Positions 11,323 through 25,600 are shown, counted from the first letter of the stretch. The stretch: DNA of 64,000 bases from Moniliella sp. 'wahieum' (GCA_003971905.1 RSEE01000045.1:62001-126000), one strand, 5' to 3'. Notes: generated by a model not told the origin, from the sequence alone. Made by a program: numbers and translations.

Positions 11323-13721
11323 TTAGAGGGCGATAATGACAGGGCCATGGGCGGCCGAAACGATGCTCTCGCCCCAGCCGGGTTCATCCAGGCCATAGGG
11401 CGAACGTCCAGAGAGCCAAGCGCGACCAAGCACAGGTTTGGCCCGCCGCTTGGACTTGAGCAGAGATACAGTCTGCCCATCTCCACGGCCGGGTGGTGGC
11501 AGCTCGCCAGGCGTCGGCAAAACCCCCGCTGCCAGCGTAGGAAGCGTGGGCGAATCTACTCGCCACTGCTTGGAACGCGGCGCGGAAATGCTCACGGCCT
11601 GGGTGGCGGTGAGGTTAAAGTGCCCTTGGAACAGAGCGGGATGGGCAAGACTGACGGCCCCGCCTGTTGCCACGTACGAGCGCAGCGGGACATCCGGTTT
11701 TTGGCCACGGTACCGCGCTGTGATGCGGCCAGTGTGGCTTGTGATGTGCACTTGGGCCGCGACAGGGGCGGGCGGCTCACCCGACTCCTCCTGACCTCCC
11801 TGCAAGAGGTCGAGATCAATGTCGGCGTCCAAGTCGCCTTGAAGGGTTTGAAGATACACTGGCCCGGTTGGTTTGAGCGCTACTTGGATGCGGCCTGAAG
11901 TGGCCGAGATGTCCGTCCTGTCCGCTTGCAGACGAGCAATGTGCAAGTCGGCCTCGCCACTCGTCACTGTGGCCGAGGCAGCGACGACATGGCCCAACGA
12001 CATCAGCCCATACGGCGCATGGAGCAGCATCTCTGCCTCGGGAGCAAACAGGGCGCCCGTCGAGGTTAAGGTGCCAAACCACGTTTGCGCCCAGACCTGC
12101 TCCTGCACTTGGATCGAGTCGAGCAGGCTGATTGCTCCGTAGTACGAGGAGAGTCGAAGCGTACGCAGCAGCATCGCCTCAGGCAATGGTGGCGCTGGAT
12201 CCTGATCATCGGAACCTTGCACGTCACCCTGAGGTGTCCCATGAAACGTCACACCCAACCGGGAGGACGCCACATCAATGGCCATCATGGCATGGGATGC
12301 GGGTGATATTGAAGATTCTTCTCGGCTACCGTCACCTCCTCCCTCGGGCGGGGAAGGGGCCCCACACTGTCGGCCTGGGTGGAGGGTAAGTTCTACATGG
12401 ACCGTAATCGCGTTCCGCACGTCGAACCATGGCGTCACATCCGACGCCAGTGTCAAACCCAGGCGCCCATCCGAGGTGCGAACCTCGCGAGAGAGAGCGA
12501 GGAGGAGGCGAGCTGGCTTCGATGCGGCCCGTAGGCATACAGTTGGGCCGTAGCACGAGGTCTGGTGTCGCACACAGCCCATCCTTCATGCTTGTCCTGC
12601 GTAGCTTTGGGGAGCACCATTCTTCCTCGTCCGCGTTGCCTGCGTCACTTCCGTCATGCGGACCTACCGGTTCGGAAGACGTGTGAACATGTACGTGTCC
12701 CCGGTGCCGGACTCCCATGAATGGAAAAGGAGAAGCGTGTCGGCCTGGAAGTCCATCGCCAACGGTCCGGCAGGGGGTTCGAACTCGTATCGCGCTTCGA
12801 TCCACCAGTCGTTCTTGGGAATGCGCCGAGACGGGTCTTCCGGGCCAGATAAGCTTCCCATTCCTGTGGCCGAGAGGGGGGCGGAAAAGGGCAGGGTGCG
12901 GAGGACAGTAGCATTGTACGATGGCGGGCAGCGCATACGGCTTGGGAACCACAATCTTTTCTACTGGCGGCGTTTCGAGCCAAAAGAGTTCACGCAGAAG
13001 AAATATGGTGAGCAGAACAAATAGTGTCCCCGTTCCCAGAACCGAGAGCGCACGGCGACGCAGGTACTTGTCCTCTTGCATCTGCCATCTGGGATCCATC
13101 CGCCCGCCTGTGCTAACCCCCGAATCCATTTCGAGTAACAGCGTGCCGTAGCCACGCCAGCGCGCCTTGGACATGGGGAGCAAGTGTGAGCGGTGGTTGG
13201 GAGCACGGGCATGGCCGCTGCCCCCTTCTGTCTGCGGCTCAAAGGCAGGAGCAATGACACGGACCCGGCGGCCGACGCTGACGCGGTTGGTGCGCCGGCG
13301 CTCATCGGACAACCAAGCAGGACGGAGACGGGGAGGAGACGGCGGGGGCGCAGCATCAGCCTTGAGCGTCTCCTGGGAGGGCGAATCGGGGAGCGTGAAG
13401 GAGGAAGGGACGGAGGTGTCGAAGGTTGAGTCGGATGCGGTGGCAAACAGAGACGAGCGTGCGGAAGTGTGCAGGTCGGGGTGGCAGGCGCATGGTGGGA
13501 GGCGTGGGGGGGTGGGGAGTGGCATGGAAGGCGGGGGACTGGTCGGGGGATGGCGCGAGAGACGAGGGGGACGGGGACAGGGACGGGGAGGGAGATAAGG
13601 AGGGGGACGGGGACGGAGACGGGGACGGGGAGATGGAGGGTGGTGGGGAGAGCGGGGCGGGAGGCAGCAGGGTGGAGAGCGGGGGCAGGGCAGCCGCACT
13701 AGCACCAATGGGCGGGTGCAT
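11323..13721 (-). CDS. Putative type II membrane protein of unknown function (Pro/Ser-rich N-terminus, one TM helix, beta-rich adhesin-like C-terminal region); frameshifted
   Basis: Long ORFs 12332-13708 and 11323-12582. TM-like segment ALSVLGTGTLFVLLTIFLL after RRR. Repeated beta motifs (LSSYYGAI, ISATSGRI, LQTLQGDL, ITSHTGRI, VATGGAV). The family assignment is inference. Confidence 0.55.
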
Positions 13722-15784
13722 GCAGTGGGGATTGCGCGGGCGATGGCGCTGGGGAGGCGGATGCAGGCGGAGGCGGAGGCGGAGGCGAGCGAGGGAAGGC
13801 GGGGCTGGGCAGCCTCAGAGTGCCGAGGACGGATGCACGGGTGGGTGGTTGAGTTGAACGTTTGTTTATCAGACTCCGACTCATTTGCGCTTTTCCAGCC
13901 ACAGTCGCTAGCTTTCGCAGCGAGTGACTAGTGCCTGGAACACGGGCAACCCTACTGTGCAACCCTAGCGCGCATCGGTGGCCCCACTTGAAACGTACAT
14001 CCAGCAGGTTGGCAGTGTGCTGGGCATGTCATGTGCATGTCATGCATGCAGTCTGTGCCTGGTGCACTGCCACTCCCACTTGGCCTGGCATAGGCTCGGG
14101 GCCGCAGCAGGTGCGATTTCACATTGGAATGGCTGGTACCGACAGGCCTGACATGTGACACGTGACAGATAGCATGCGGCCGCTCGCCAGGCCCCAGCAC
14201 GCACCAGCACGCACCCGTCTGCACCAGTCCAGTCTGTCTTCGCCGGTACTCCGTTGGACGCTGCATCAATCATTCATCATCCCATGCAGGGCAGGGCACC
14301 TGGCCGGTGTCCGGGCTGCGCTTGCATGCGCGTATGCACCGTGCAGAAATGCGCCTAATGCTGCCCAGCCGGCCCAAAAAGGCCAGCCCGGCCCGGGGGT
14401 ACTGTGCCTTGTCTTGGCACCGGCATCAGTCATTTAATCAAGCATCGTGCATCTTATCCGGCGCAACACTTATCGTCAGGGCGAGGGACTACAGATCTCA
14501 CACCATGCATCATGCATCACGTAATCGATATACTCCGGCTCAGCGCGAAGGCGCGCAACCGCGTGATCGCACCCGGATCTGGCTCGAAGTGTTCGACGGG
14601 GGCCAGCAGGGGCCAGCAGGATTGGTTAACAGCAAGGCAGGGCACAGCAGAGAGCAGGTGGGGTAGGGTCTGGTGGGCTGGTGGAGCTCGTATGTTCACA
14701 CGCTTACATGTCACACGAACGCTGGAAGAGGCAAGGCAAGGCCTGGCAAGGCAAGGCAAGTGAGTGTGGCAAGGCTCCCGCGATCGGCTCAACAACGAAC
14801 GCACAAGTTGAGCGCTCGTTGAGCACTCAAGTTGAGTTCAACGTTCAAACTTCAAGCTTCAAGAGATCAGAATTTGGGCCGTGGCGCGTGGCAGCGTTTG
14901 CGCTGCCACAGGCTGAGGCTCAGCCACTCAGCCTCGCCTCAGCGCCAAGCATGAATCAACCCCATTGATCCTCAAGTCGAGGTAGGCCAATGCGCTGATG
15001 TGGTGTCGCCTGATATAGATATCGCCTAGCATCGCCTAGCCTACACGCATATGGGAAGCACGGCGCCAACCCACCCGTGGCGGGGCCATAGGCGGTCACA
15101 TGTCGCAGCGCGGCCGGTGCGAATGGGGCGGCATTCGTCAAGTGCGGATGGCACTTCGGCTGAGCGCAGCAACGAGAGAAATTGAAATTGAATTGAACGT
15201 TGAATGTTCAGTGTTCAATGTCCAGCTGGCTATGTTGAAATTCAAAAATGAAATCAGTGAAATACAACTCCGTGTAGGCGATAGCTCGAACTCCCCTGTT
15301 GGGAATTTTGCGGACATAAATATCACAGTCGCTCCCACGCTCGGAGCGACGCGAATCCAAAGGGAGACCAAGTGGCCGAACCCCCGCGGCAATCTTCTAG
15401 GTCGTAGCGGTCGTAACCGCGTAACCGGTAACCGGTAACCCTTCGTGACCGCGTGACCCAGTAACCGGCGTAACCGCGTAACCAGCAACCCTGTACCTGC
15501 CCGTAACGCGTAACGCGTAACCCAGCCTATAGCCCGAACCTTTTTGTACCCCAGGATTATACTGAGAACATGCCCAGGATTTGAAAGGTTGAACGCCCAG
15601 CTGGAGTGTTGCTGTCATGTACGTACGCGGACCAACAAGTCAATTGCTCATCAGAACCTGCTGAACCCCAGACGCTCGCGGCGCCACAGCGGGGTTTCCA
15701 GCACAGAAAACTTCCCATTGGCACCCAAGTGCTGGCCGCCGCTTTCTATCCCCGCTCCTTCTACTCGACTGCCACCAGCACCTG

Positions 15785-16798
15785 ATGACCTCGACCTCGA
15801 CCTCGACCTCAACCTCAACCTCGACCTCGACAGACAACAGGACACTGCTGGACATTGTGCGCGAGATTTACCCAGCGGTACAACCCTGTCTGCCGCTTGC
15901 CCCGGGCGCACCCCCTGTCTGGGACCCCGACGCGTCGCCTGTTGACGAGACGAGTGCCAGAGCCACCGCGCTGGATTCGTTGGTCGTCATCATACTTCCC
16001 ATGGCCGGCTACACGCTCACGTCGAACCGGGCAAGTGCAGAGGAATACGAGAAGATTGCAGAGATGATGAGTCACCCGATGGTTTATCCCACCCTGCGCG
16101 ACCCGCCCGTACCTTACCTCACTGATCATGCCATGGTCTGGTCCACTCTCGAACGCCGAAAGCAGCTCGCTGCCCTGCGTGCGCTCTCGTCCCGCGCAGA
16201 CTCGGTTGATCCGCACCAGTTCCGGGCTACAGCCCGGTCGGCTCAGTTCGGTACAACGACCAGGTGGTAGGTACGGTGACTCTGAGTGGGAGTACCAAAG
16301 GCGCACCCTTTGTCGAACAAACATGGCACATCGGTACGTTTCTCACCTCATTCTTCTCGTTTTTCTTTTTCTGGCTGGGGGGTGGTATTGGTGGGCATTG
16401 CTAACGGTGTCGTGGCTCTCCTTGGACATGTGTATAGGCTACTCGATCCACCCAGATCACGGAGAAAGGGAGTAATGCAAGCGGCGCTCCGGGCACAAAT
16501 GGACCTCATTCGCGCGATACGTCAAGCATTAGGTCTTCCGCCTCAGCTCCCAGATTCCCCCCCGCATCCTCGCCCGCTGTTTTTCGGAGCAACAATGGAG
16601 CATAACCAAGCCAGTCGACGGGTCATGCTTCTTGCCGGTCTCACCCCCATGCGTACGACAAGAGATCCTGATGGCCGGACGTATGGAGCACGCGCAACTG
16701 ACCTCCCAAGCGGAGAGAATAAGGTGGCAATGGGTCTTCTGCCCCCCGAGGTTGTCGGTCAGCATATACGGGATGTGGAGTTCGAATCGCTCACCTAG
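15785..16798 (+). CDS. GNAT acetyltransferase (RimJ/RimL-like); intron and frameshifts; N-terminal (TS)n tract
   Basis: IGYSIHPDH..RKGVMQAAL (acetyl-CoA motif A, split by a frameshift) and HNQASRRVMLLAG (motif B). Intron-like gtacgt..gctaac segment near 16333-16430. Confidence 0.7.
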
Positions 16799-17262
16799 GC
16801 ATCGATGGGACCTTGTAGTCTCCATCGATCTTGCTCCTGTGATCTGGGACTATCTATTTCGACATGATGCGGGTGCATGGTGCATGGTGCATGGCGCTTG
16901 CTTTGAAGGGAACATCATGAGCGATAAGCAATGGCTGTAAAACGAAGAAAAAATGTGCACAAAATCGACCGAGACAAGATGATACAGGTTATGCACCGAG
17001 GGACGGCTCTTCAAAGGCAAACAAAACGTGCAAAGCAAGGCACCAACAGGGACGGCACAAAAGAGATGCGAAAAAGAGGGATAGCGAAAGGGATTAAGTG
17101 GGTTTCCAAAAGGGGCAAGCCGAAGAAAGGAAGCCGAAGAGGGCAAGTCGAATCAAGGAAGTCGAATAAAGTTGGACAAAGGAAGTCGAAAAAAAAAGGC
17201 GAGGAGAGGATAGTACTGAGATGGGGCGAGAAAATAGGTGGCTTTGCATAGAAGTTTCCGAC

Positions 17263-20180
17263 TTAACTGGACCCGCTCCCGGAAGACGACGAAGAGTCGG
17301 TGGAGGAAGAGGAGGAGCAACCGGTCAATTTGTTGCGAGGCCAAGGTTTGTTGAATGCTATGGGACCACAACAGCGAGGTTAGTAGCGCAGGGGCGGGGC
17401 GAATGAAGGCAATCGAAGGGTAACGCACTAGTAATGTTGGGATTGTTGTACAGGTCGGCGTGGCGCTCAATGTAAGCCGCGGTCGGATGGTCTGGCGGAT
17501 CGCAGGAAACGCGGTTCGGTTGCCCATGGGGTTGGTACACACGCACGTAGTCAAAACGCATCTGAGCGGGGAAGACAACCTTGTCCTGGGAGGTCCAGTC
17601 GATCCATTGGAATCCAGAGGAGATGCTACACAATCGGGTACCCAATCAGTCAGTCAATCAGAATAAAAAATGGATGGACAAGATACGCACCCCAAGTTAA
17701 GTACGATCGACATGGGCTCGGTAGGAATTAAGCGTTGGGCAATGTCCATGGCTCCCTGGGGCCCGAGGGCGTCGCCATTGAGGCGCCAAGAAGGCTGACC
17801 GTCGTTCCACCATTGAATGTACCCATTGCCATTGCCGTCCCAATCGGGCGAGTACTCCAACCCATACCGGACATATTGGCCGGCCGTCTCTTCAAAGTTA
17901 TCATCCGACACCCGAGTCACAACCGACGCCGACATTTGCAGTGGACCCCCGTGGTAGCTGTTGATCTCACTGGCGGTGCTGTGTAGATCACGGTTTGTTG
18001 CGACGTATTTCCAGCATAGTAGTTCTCTGAAAAGGGGGCCACCTGGAGCGATTGAGACGCATAGGTGTGCTGTTCTGCACTTGCACCTCAAAGACATCAA
18101 TCTCACTGGCGCCTCTGCCGACATTGTTGGAGGGCCCAGGGTGGTCTTCGCCATCGCAGGTGCAAGCGGGGCTGCGCATACCAGGCAGTTTGCTGATCTT
18201 GCCCTTGGCTGCATACGGAGCCGTCGAGTGGAGCGCGCCATGGGGGCCAGTGCCATTGACAAAGTGTTGACCTTTCAGAATGCCCGTGTCACACTGGTTG
18301 TAATTGTATGGCCACAATCCCTCGGTGGTACCCCGGTAGCCTGGGCGGCCCAGATTGCCCATCAGCCAGGCCGCGGGCCAGTAGCCCTTGCGAGCCGGCC
18401 CACCAGGAAGGAGCGTGCTAAACTCAATGTACCCGCCTTGAAAGCAAAACTTGTTCCAGCTCTGAAGCATACCCGATTGGAAGTTGAGGTCGTGTGTTGC
18501 TTTTTGGGTCAGGATAGAACCAAAGAACCTCCCGTCGTGTTAACTGCCTCGGGCGAGTACCACTCATAGTCGCCCGTCGCGCCGTACCAAATGTTGGCTG
18601 CCTCCCAAAAAGGCTATACCCCGGCAGAGTCAGTGGAGTTCAGAAGACAAAAAAAGTAGGAAGCAGGACTCACGTCATCGCCAGGGTAGAAGGTGCGACC
18701 TTCGACGTTAAACTCGTCGCTGAATACAAGATCGAACCGATCTCCCGCATCGTTCTTCCATTGCATAGCACTCTGCGGAGTATCCGAGTCGACCAATGCG
18801 CGCAAGGTACCAAGGAGGGGAACCTGTCCCGTCGCGTTCGTTCCCCCACCCCGAGACCATACTTGCCCCAATCCTTGTGTTTGGACAAGACCTGGTCAAT
18901 GATGGGATAACCTGCAAACAGCAAGCACAGTGCAACAACAATAAAAACCATTGTCCCAACGTTGAGCAACCCCTCCATTGAGATGCCGTGGTTCCGGTCC
19001 GTCTTCTTTTCCACTGTGTGTAAGTAATCGTCCGGATCGGTATCAATGTCTCTCGGTACGAGGCTGGAGTGGACAGTTGCCTTGGCAGCCGCCGATTTCT
19101 CCGTCATGGGTTGTGTCGTGTTGCTGTACCAATCGTTCTGGTTGGGGTGCTTACGCGCCTCCACCAACGTGGTCTGGGACACTTGCGGCTCCATCGGTGT
19201 CGGGCCAGCCTGCCCGGAACTTGCCAGAGGCTGTGCACCTGTTCTGACTCCGGCCCTTCCGCCTGCGCCAATCAAGGGTGCCCCAGATGCCGCTTGCAGA
19301 CGCCGCTCCATCGCTTGGGGGTCGTCTGAGCCCACCACGTCGGGGATGCTGACATTGGAACCATAGGCTTTGTGGCTCGGGCGCCATTGAGCCCCGGTAG
19401 GGAGAATGGGGCAGCAGACCCACTGAAGCGGGTGGGAGGTGGTTTACGCTGCACGGCTTTCTTGGGGCTTGGCGAGCGATTGGCAGCGGACATGGGAATG
19501 TCGCTGTAGTGCTGCGAGGCAGGGGGGCAGACATGTCGACCGAGCTAAAGCCCGGGTGTGACCTTTCCTCTCGGGAGAAGGAAGAAGTGGGCGCTCGGAC
19601 GAATCGCGCTCACTGCGCTCGGGGGAAGAAAGCAGAGGACGCTCCGGGGATGAAAGCAAAGGGCGATCGGGCGAGTAGCCCTGGTTTCGCACAGGCGAAT
19701 AGTGGCGAGGCGGAGTACGAGGTGCCTGATAGGGATTTGAACTGGTCGCCCCGGGTAGTGAAGCCACAGGACCGAACGGATTGGCAGTTCCAGGGGGGGC
19801 TGGCTTGGGTGCTTGCACTGTTTCTTGAGCCACGCCCACATATCCCCGGTTGGAGTTAGGATCGCTGCGCGTGGGCGAGGAAGGGGTGGGGCGGATCGGT
19901 ATTGGACGGCGCACGGGAGAAGAGGGCGGGGAAGCAGAGCATAGGTGCGAGAAGATGTGGCAACGGGAGGTGCAATGCGGGCAGAAGACCGGCTGGTAGC
20001 CGAGACGGGTGCCGGAGGCGGAGCAATGCGTGCGCCCGGCACCGCACCCGAACGCTTCCGGTCGGGGGAATGGGAAGAGCGCGACGAGGCTGGATTGAGG
20101 TGTGGGCGGGGCGTGGACAAGACGCGGACAGGTTCAGGCGGGGGTTGGCGGCCACGAGGACGGGGAGGTGAATATTCCAT
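17263..20180 (-). CDS. KRE6: KRE6/SKN1 beta-1,6-glucan synthesis-associated protein (GH16-like)
   Basis: DPDDYLH, TM segment LCLLFAGYPII, NATGQVP, LVFSDEFNVEGRTFYPGDD, MLQSWNKFCFQGGYIE, GNLGRPGY, GRGASEIDVFE, IPTEPMSIVLNLG, DYVRVYQ, CDPPDHPT. Start codon uncertain. Confidence 0.93.
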
Positions 20181-20543
20181 GGGTGGAGCCACCGACGACA
20201 CATCGCTCCTGGTGGGTGTGGTAGGACGGTGGATGGGCGGCTCGAGGGGGCGGGCGAGGGTGGGCGCATGGCCGGTGGGGCCTGTGTGTGTTGCTCGGCA
20301 TGACGATGGCGGCGACCAAGAGCGTGAACAGGAGGTGGTGGTGGCGGGAGGGCACGGGGCCTGGAGCTTCATTCAGCCTGGAGCCTGAAGCCGGAAGCCG
20401 ATCCTTACGTGCGGAGCGCACGACCCGAGCGAGCTGGCGAGCACCGATGGGCTGCGCCTCGTAGAAAATACACGAGCACCCCTCGCACTGGAGCAGCGTC
20501 CGCTCCGCCACCCTCGTGCTGCAAGAGGAACTAGCTCGCAGCA

Positions 20544-20571
20544 TGCATCATGCATCACGCGTCACGCGTCA
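20544..20571. promoter_or_regulatory. Heptad palindrome array upstream of KRE6, including two MCB-like ACGCGT
   Basis: TGCA-TCA-TGCA-TCA-CGCG-TCA-CGCG-TCA. Confidence 0.5.
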
Positions 20572-20983
20572 CGCTTCTTGCCGCCAGCCGCAAGCAAGGC
20601 TCGGGGGCTGTATCTCGCCGAGTCGGATCGCCTCGCTGCCTTTTTCGACCTCTCGGAGTTACAGGTTGCCATCCCACGCGTTGGACTTGGACAGCGTTGC
20701 AACCTCTGTGACCCATGTGACCCTGCTTGCTGGTCGATGATCTGCATATCAATCTACACCCACCAACCACCGCCACCACTGTCACATGTCAGGCTTGCCA
20801 CGGCACATGCGCGCCAATCGGGCAATACCGCACTTCTATCTATTGTACTGAGTCCCGAGGCAGACAGCTTCCTCCGCACCTAACCAGCAGCGGAGTGATC
20901 TCTCGCGCGTTCTAAAAGAAGAGCCGGCCAGGACGCTCCTACTATACAGACCAAAACTCATTGATGCGCATGGCATGGCGTTC

Positions 20984-22693
20984 TCAGCGACTCCACTGGC
21001 CCTTGCGCCGGAAGCCGGCTTGGGCTTGTAGTGTCCCGCCTTCTTGTCCTGCTCCTTGTAATCCCTGCGCCGAGCCACCCTAGCCCGTTTGGCCTCTTGC
21101 GCCTCCTCTTCTTCCTCGGCGTCAGCATCAGCATTGCCCTCGCTCTTGCGCTTGGGGGGACCCTTGAGCGCCGCACCAACAGAAATGTTGACTTTGGGTG
21201 GCACCTTGAACCCAAATGCCCGCCCTACCTTGGCAAGGTCGAGCTGGTGCACGTCAAAGATGCGCTTGAGCGAGTAGGAGGCATACGCGGACAGGTAGGC
21301 TCGGTAGCCCTCCTTGGCGCTCTCGTGCAAAAAGTAGTTCTTGGAAATAAGTTTCTCCAGTTGGCCTTGGACGTTCGCAATCTTGTTGGGTGGGAAGGTG
21401 TACTCGTTGAGCGGCACCTTCGCCAGCTTGAGGAAACGGAGGAAGCCCAGCTCCGATGGAAGAAGAAACAAGACGATTTGCCGGCCTTACCCGCACGTGC
21501 CGTACGTCCGACGCGATGAATGTAGTCGCGCGGATCGTCAGGAGGATCGAACTGAATGATCCAATCGACCTTGGGGATATCGAGCCCCCGCGCTGCTACG
21601 TCTGTACACAGCAAAATGCCTTCGGGAGCATTGCAAAACTCGAAAAAGGTGTTGGTCCGCTTCTGCTGTTTCTGCTTGCCGTGCAGATCAAGCACAGGCA
21701 CGTCAATGTAATTGAGCAGCTCGGCGTGGTACTTGACGCTGTTGCAAGACGACATGAAGAAACTAGCCTTCTTTCCCTTGTTCTTTTTCAAAAACGTAAA
21801 GAGCAGCAGGAAACGCTTGTCGCTATCGCATACCACGTAACCCTGCTCCAGGCCCGTCACGGTTGAAGCCAGCTTGTCGGCGTGGACATTGATGTACAGC
21901 GGGCCAGGACGCAGCGAAATGCGGGCCAAGTCCTGCACTTTGGTGGTCTGGGTCGCCGAAAAGAGCATCGTCTGCCGGTTTCTGAGGCAAGACCGAGAAG
22001 GGCGTCAGTTTCAAGTGGGGATTGAACTTGTAAGGAGAGAGGAACGTACCACTGGGAAGCAGACTGATAATCTGACGCATTTCGTCCTCAAACCCAATCT
22101 CGAGAATGCGGTCGGCCTCGTCAATGACAAGTGCCTTAGGTTGGACACGACAAAGCCCTTGGTATTCCTCAAATGATCCAGCAACCGACCGGGGGTTGCA
22201 ATGATCAGGTTGAGACCCTTTTGCAACTTATCGGCCTCCTGTTTTCGGTTCGCACCGCCCATGATGATCCCAAACGTTTGGCTTAGACCACCGCGGCCCA
22301 TAATCTCTTTGGCCACACCAAAAATTTGCAGCCAGCTCACGGGTTGGCGAGAGGATGATGGCGCCCGTCCCATTACGGGCTTGAACTTGAGCCGGTGCAA
22401 CAGCTCAATGGCGGGAACAAGAAAGGCAAGTGTCTTCCCACTTCCAGTCTGCGCTGCTCCCAATACGTCCCGCCCGGCCAGAAGCGGAGGGATGCAGCGC
22501 GATTGCACTTCCGTCATGGTCTTGAAACCCATCGCGTCCAACCCTTGGCCGTGGCAGGCGTCAAATCGAGCGTGGAAAATGGAGGTCGCTCCTCGGAGGA
22601 CTTTTCCCCCGTACTAGAGCTGCCCTGTTGACGCTCGTCCTCGGCAACATCGGCGGCCAGCTGGGCGGCCAATTGCTTCTCAGCGCTGTCCAT
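20984..22693 (-). CDS. HAS1: ATP-dependent DEAD-box RNA helicase Has1/DDX18
   Basis: [108 protein letters not shown]. Probable end GQWSR-stop at 20984. Confidence 0.97.
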
Positions 22694-25600
22694 CTTGTTG
22701 CTGGTGGTGGGTGCAACGTCACGCTGGAGACTTGGTCCAGCTAAAGAAAATTAAAAGGGCTGGTCTCAGGTGCATTTTTTTGCACCGATGCGCCACGAGA
22801 AAGGCTGAGCGCTGCTGAGCGCTGGCACATGACGGATCACGTGCCACATATGTCTTGTCACATGTCACGTGTCACGACGTGCAGCCAGCCGAACTTGAAG
22901 TTTCAAATATCTCATCGCTATCGGCGCCATCGGCTGGCGCTGGTCTTCACTATCTTCGCTACTGCACTTTTTGCGGCTATATAAATACACCTGTTTCTAT
23001 AGCTAGTTTGGTCCCCCGCACGAGTACTTGTACGGTGTCCACTAGCCACTAGTGTTGGAGTGTGGTGGGATGTAGCACTTGATCAGCCATGTCTCTGTTG
23101 GTAAGCGGAACTGTCTACAGAGTTCCACGACTCGCCCGCTAGGTCGGACTAGCGTGATTAGCTTACGAGAAACAGTGCAATCGTCTTTAGCTTGGTAACG
23201 TAGCTACTTCTCAGTTGACGGACAACCGCGGTTCTGGGCTCTCTTCATTGGTGTGACCGATTTATCGCGCTCACCCATTGATCTCTCCCAGTCTAGAGCT
23301 TCCCCCTAGCCCTCATTCTTTCAACTAGTATCTGGTTCAGCTTCTGCTTTTGGCCTCGGAAACACATCCAAACGGACTCTGCAGCGGTGGTGGTGTGTAT
23401 ACTATAGCGTTTGACATATATATATATATGGCGTCTCTCTTCTCGGAGACAAAGGGCACGCCAGGGAAAACACCCTATAGGCGAAAATGAAGAATCCATC
23501 AGTAGCATGATGTGACGCTGTTTCACGGGCGACTCCGGAAACTTGCTTCGCATAGGAAGAAGGGGTAAGTCCGTGGGACTCCTTGCTGAAAGACAGAGTG
23601 GCATCCACTTTGAAGCATGTGTGGGCGTATATAGCTGTGGGAGTAGTGTTCCATTGCACAATATAGTATGTGGCACCAAACGGAAGACGGATCGCCGGAG
23701 AAACGAGACAGAGAATACGTGTGGTGTAGTAGGTAGGGTCCATGCGGGAGATACTTGACGGCCACACTGGAGACTACAGGGACTGTCGGCGTCGCGAAGA
23801 TGTTGCATTATGAGGGGGTAGCGCGGGACACTTCTCTCATGGCTCTCGGCGGGCGAGGTTGAGGTGAATGTCACTGGGAAATGCCACGTATTTCCCAAAT
23901 GTATCCTGATTCATGAGCATGAGCAGCGTGTGCCTTCAAGTTGGGGGCCTTGCTAGGTGCACTCCGGTGAACCGTTAAACGAGAGGGACTGGAAGAATTG
24001 AAGGATGGGTGATGGGCTTGCTCCACTTCGGTCTGGCAAATCACAGCCATCACGGGTTTTTCACATGCCCACAGAGCGCGTCCACACAAAGATGGCGTGC
24101 GTGACAGAGCACACAGTGTAGTGTTCGCGAGTAAGTACTAAGTCAACATAGGAAGGATACTAGGAAGATCAGGCCGGTCAGATGCCGCGGTCAGGCAAGA
24201 TTGATCCAGACCGTAGAGTAACTGCGTCCCTTCCCCGATTTAGTGGCGAACACAAGTAGAGATCTCCTGGTCCAGAGGGGTAAGCCGCAGGCTCTGATCT
24301 TTTAGTCTGTCTAAGATCTAATGAGAGCACGTCAATGCAGCCACTTTTCGCCACCACATCAGTCATTCCCAAAGAACATCACAATGTGGGGGAGATGCAG
24401 CTATAACGTCAGATTTTGCAGATTTGGCTTTTCGAGCAAGCGCCGATTACATGTTACAAGAGGATGATCATCTCGATCATCAATCAATCGATCATCCCCA
24501 CACAGTATCACAGGGGCACACCAAAGTCCGTTCTTTTCGCCTCCGTCATACGAAGACTAGTAATGTAAGCAAGCTGCAGACACCACACACCACCAACAAC
24601 ACTGTTAGGAATATATCGATGCCAAGGCCGGACCGTAGCCTGATGGTGGTCTGCCCGCGGGGTTTATAGGAGGAGTATCTCACTGAAGGTCCGACTGGCG
24701 ACAGTTAAGTATACTTTAACTGGACTGGTGGTGAGTCCAAGCGGGAATACGAAAAGAGGTCAAAAAAGAGACGTAATATGGACTCCGCCAGGGGCTCGTG
24801 CGCTCATCATCACCTCCCGATCCGTCTTGGGGAAGAGTTTGTATAGTGTGGCGGAAAAGACCTTGTTGCGGAGATGCTCTCATCGTCATTCACATGCCCA
24901 CTTTTTCACACGACCTTTTGTTTGGAAATGAGAGAATGGCGTGAGCCAAGAGAGAGGGTGTTGATATCTGTGTGTGCTGTTGGCGACGGAACGTCATTAA
25001 GATAATTGGCATCCTGATCAGTGGGGGGGCGAAAGCTGACAGCAAACGCCGGATGAGCGACCCTAGTTTAGCAGAGGGAGCGACGGGCATCTTCGTCCCG
25101 GCGCTGGAGTTTTTGCAGTAGGTATAGTGCAGCTCTACTCATTTCGATCTTCTCACAGACCTCATTCATTGCCCGTATAGTCGACGATAGAGAGGTCGGT
25201 GTTGTACCTTCGCGGGGTAGTAACCACGCACAATGTATCATCAGGCCTCAGATTTCAGAGCCTCACTTCCATGTTTTGTTCTCCCCAAGAGGCTGTTTGT
25301 CAACGCTGGCAGAGCACATGTCAGCCGCTCAACAGCCACCAAGTTCATATACCAACTGCGTTGATGGCATGTGCCATGTGCATGAACGTTGAACGTTCAA
25401 GTTGAACATCGACCGCATGCAGAAACGCCCAAAACGGGGGGGGGTGCCGAGGTGTGATTGGATTCTAGGGGTGGGTGGGGGTAGGGAAGTCGGAGGGTCA
25501 AATCTGAAAGCACGAACGTACAGCCGCGCCCCTCTCCACAGCCTTCCCCAGCTCGAAGGCTCAAACGTTCAAAAACGTCAAGCATCAAGTGCGTGGCCTA

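Noticed and set aside
20984..22693. Pervasive frameshifts as programmed frameshifting, RNA editing or mass pseudogenisation
   Set aside because: They affect even HAS1 (essential in yeast) and almost all genes, and are typically fixed by adding one base in a short homopolymer (e.g. near 43168, 47144, 47342). Unpolished long-read error is the simplest explanation.
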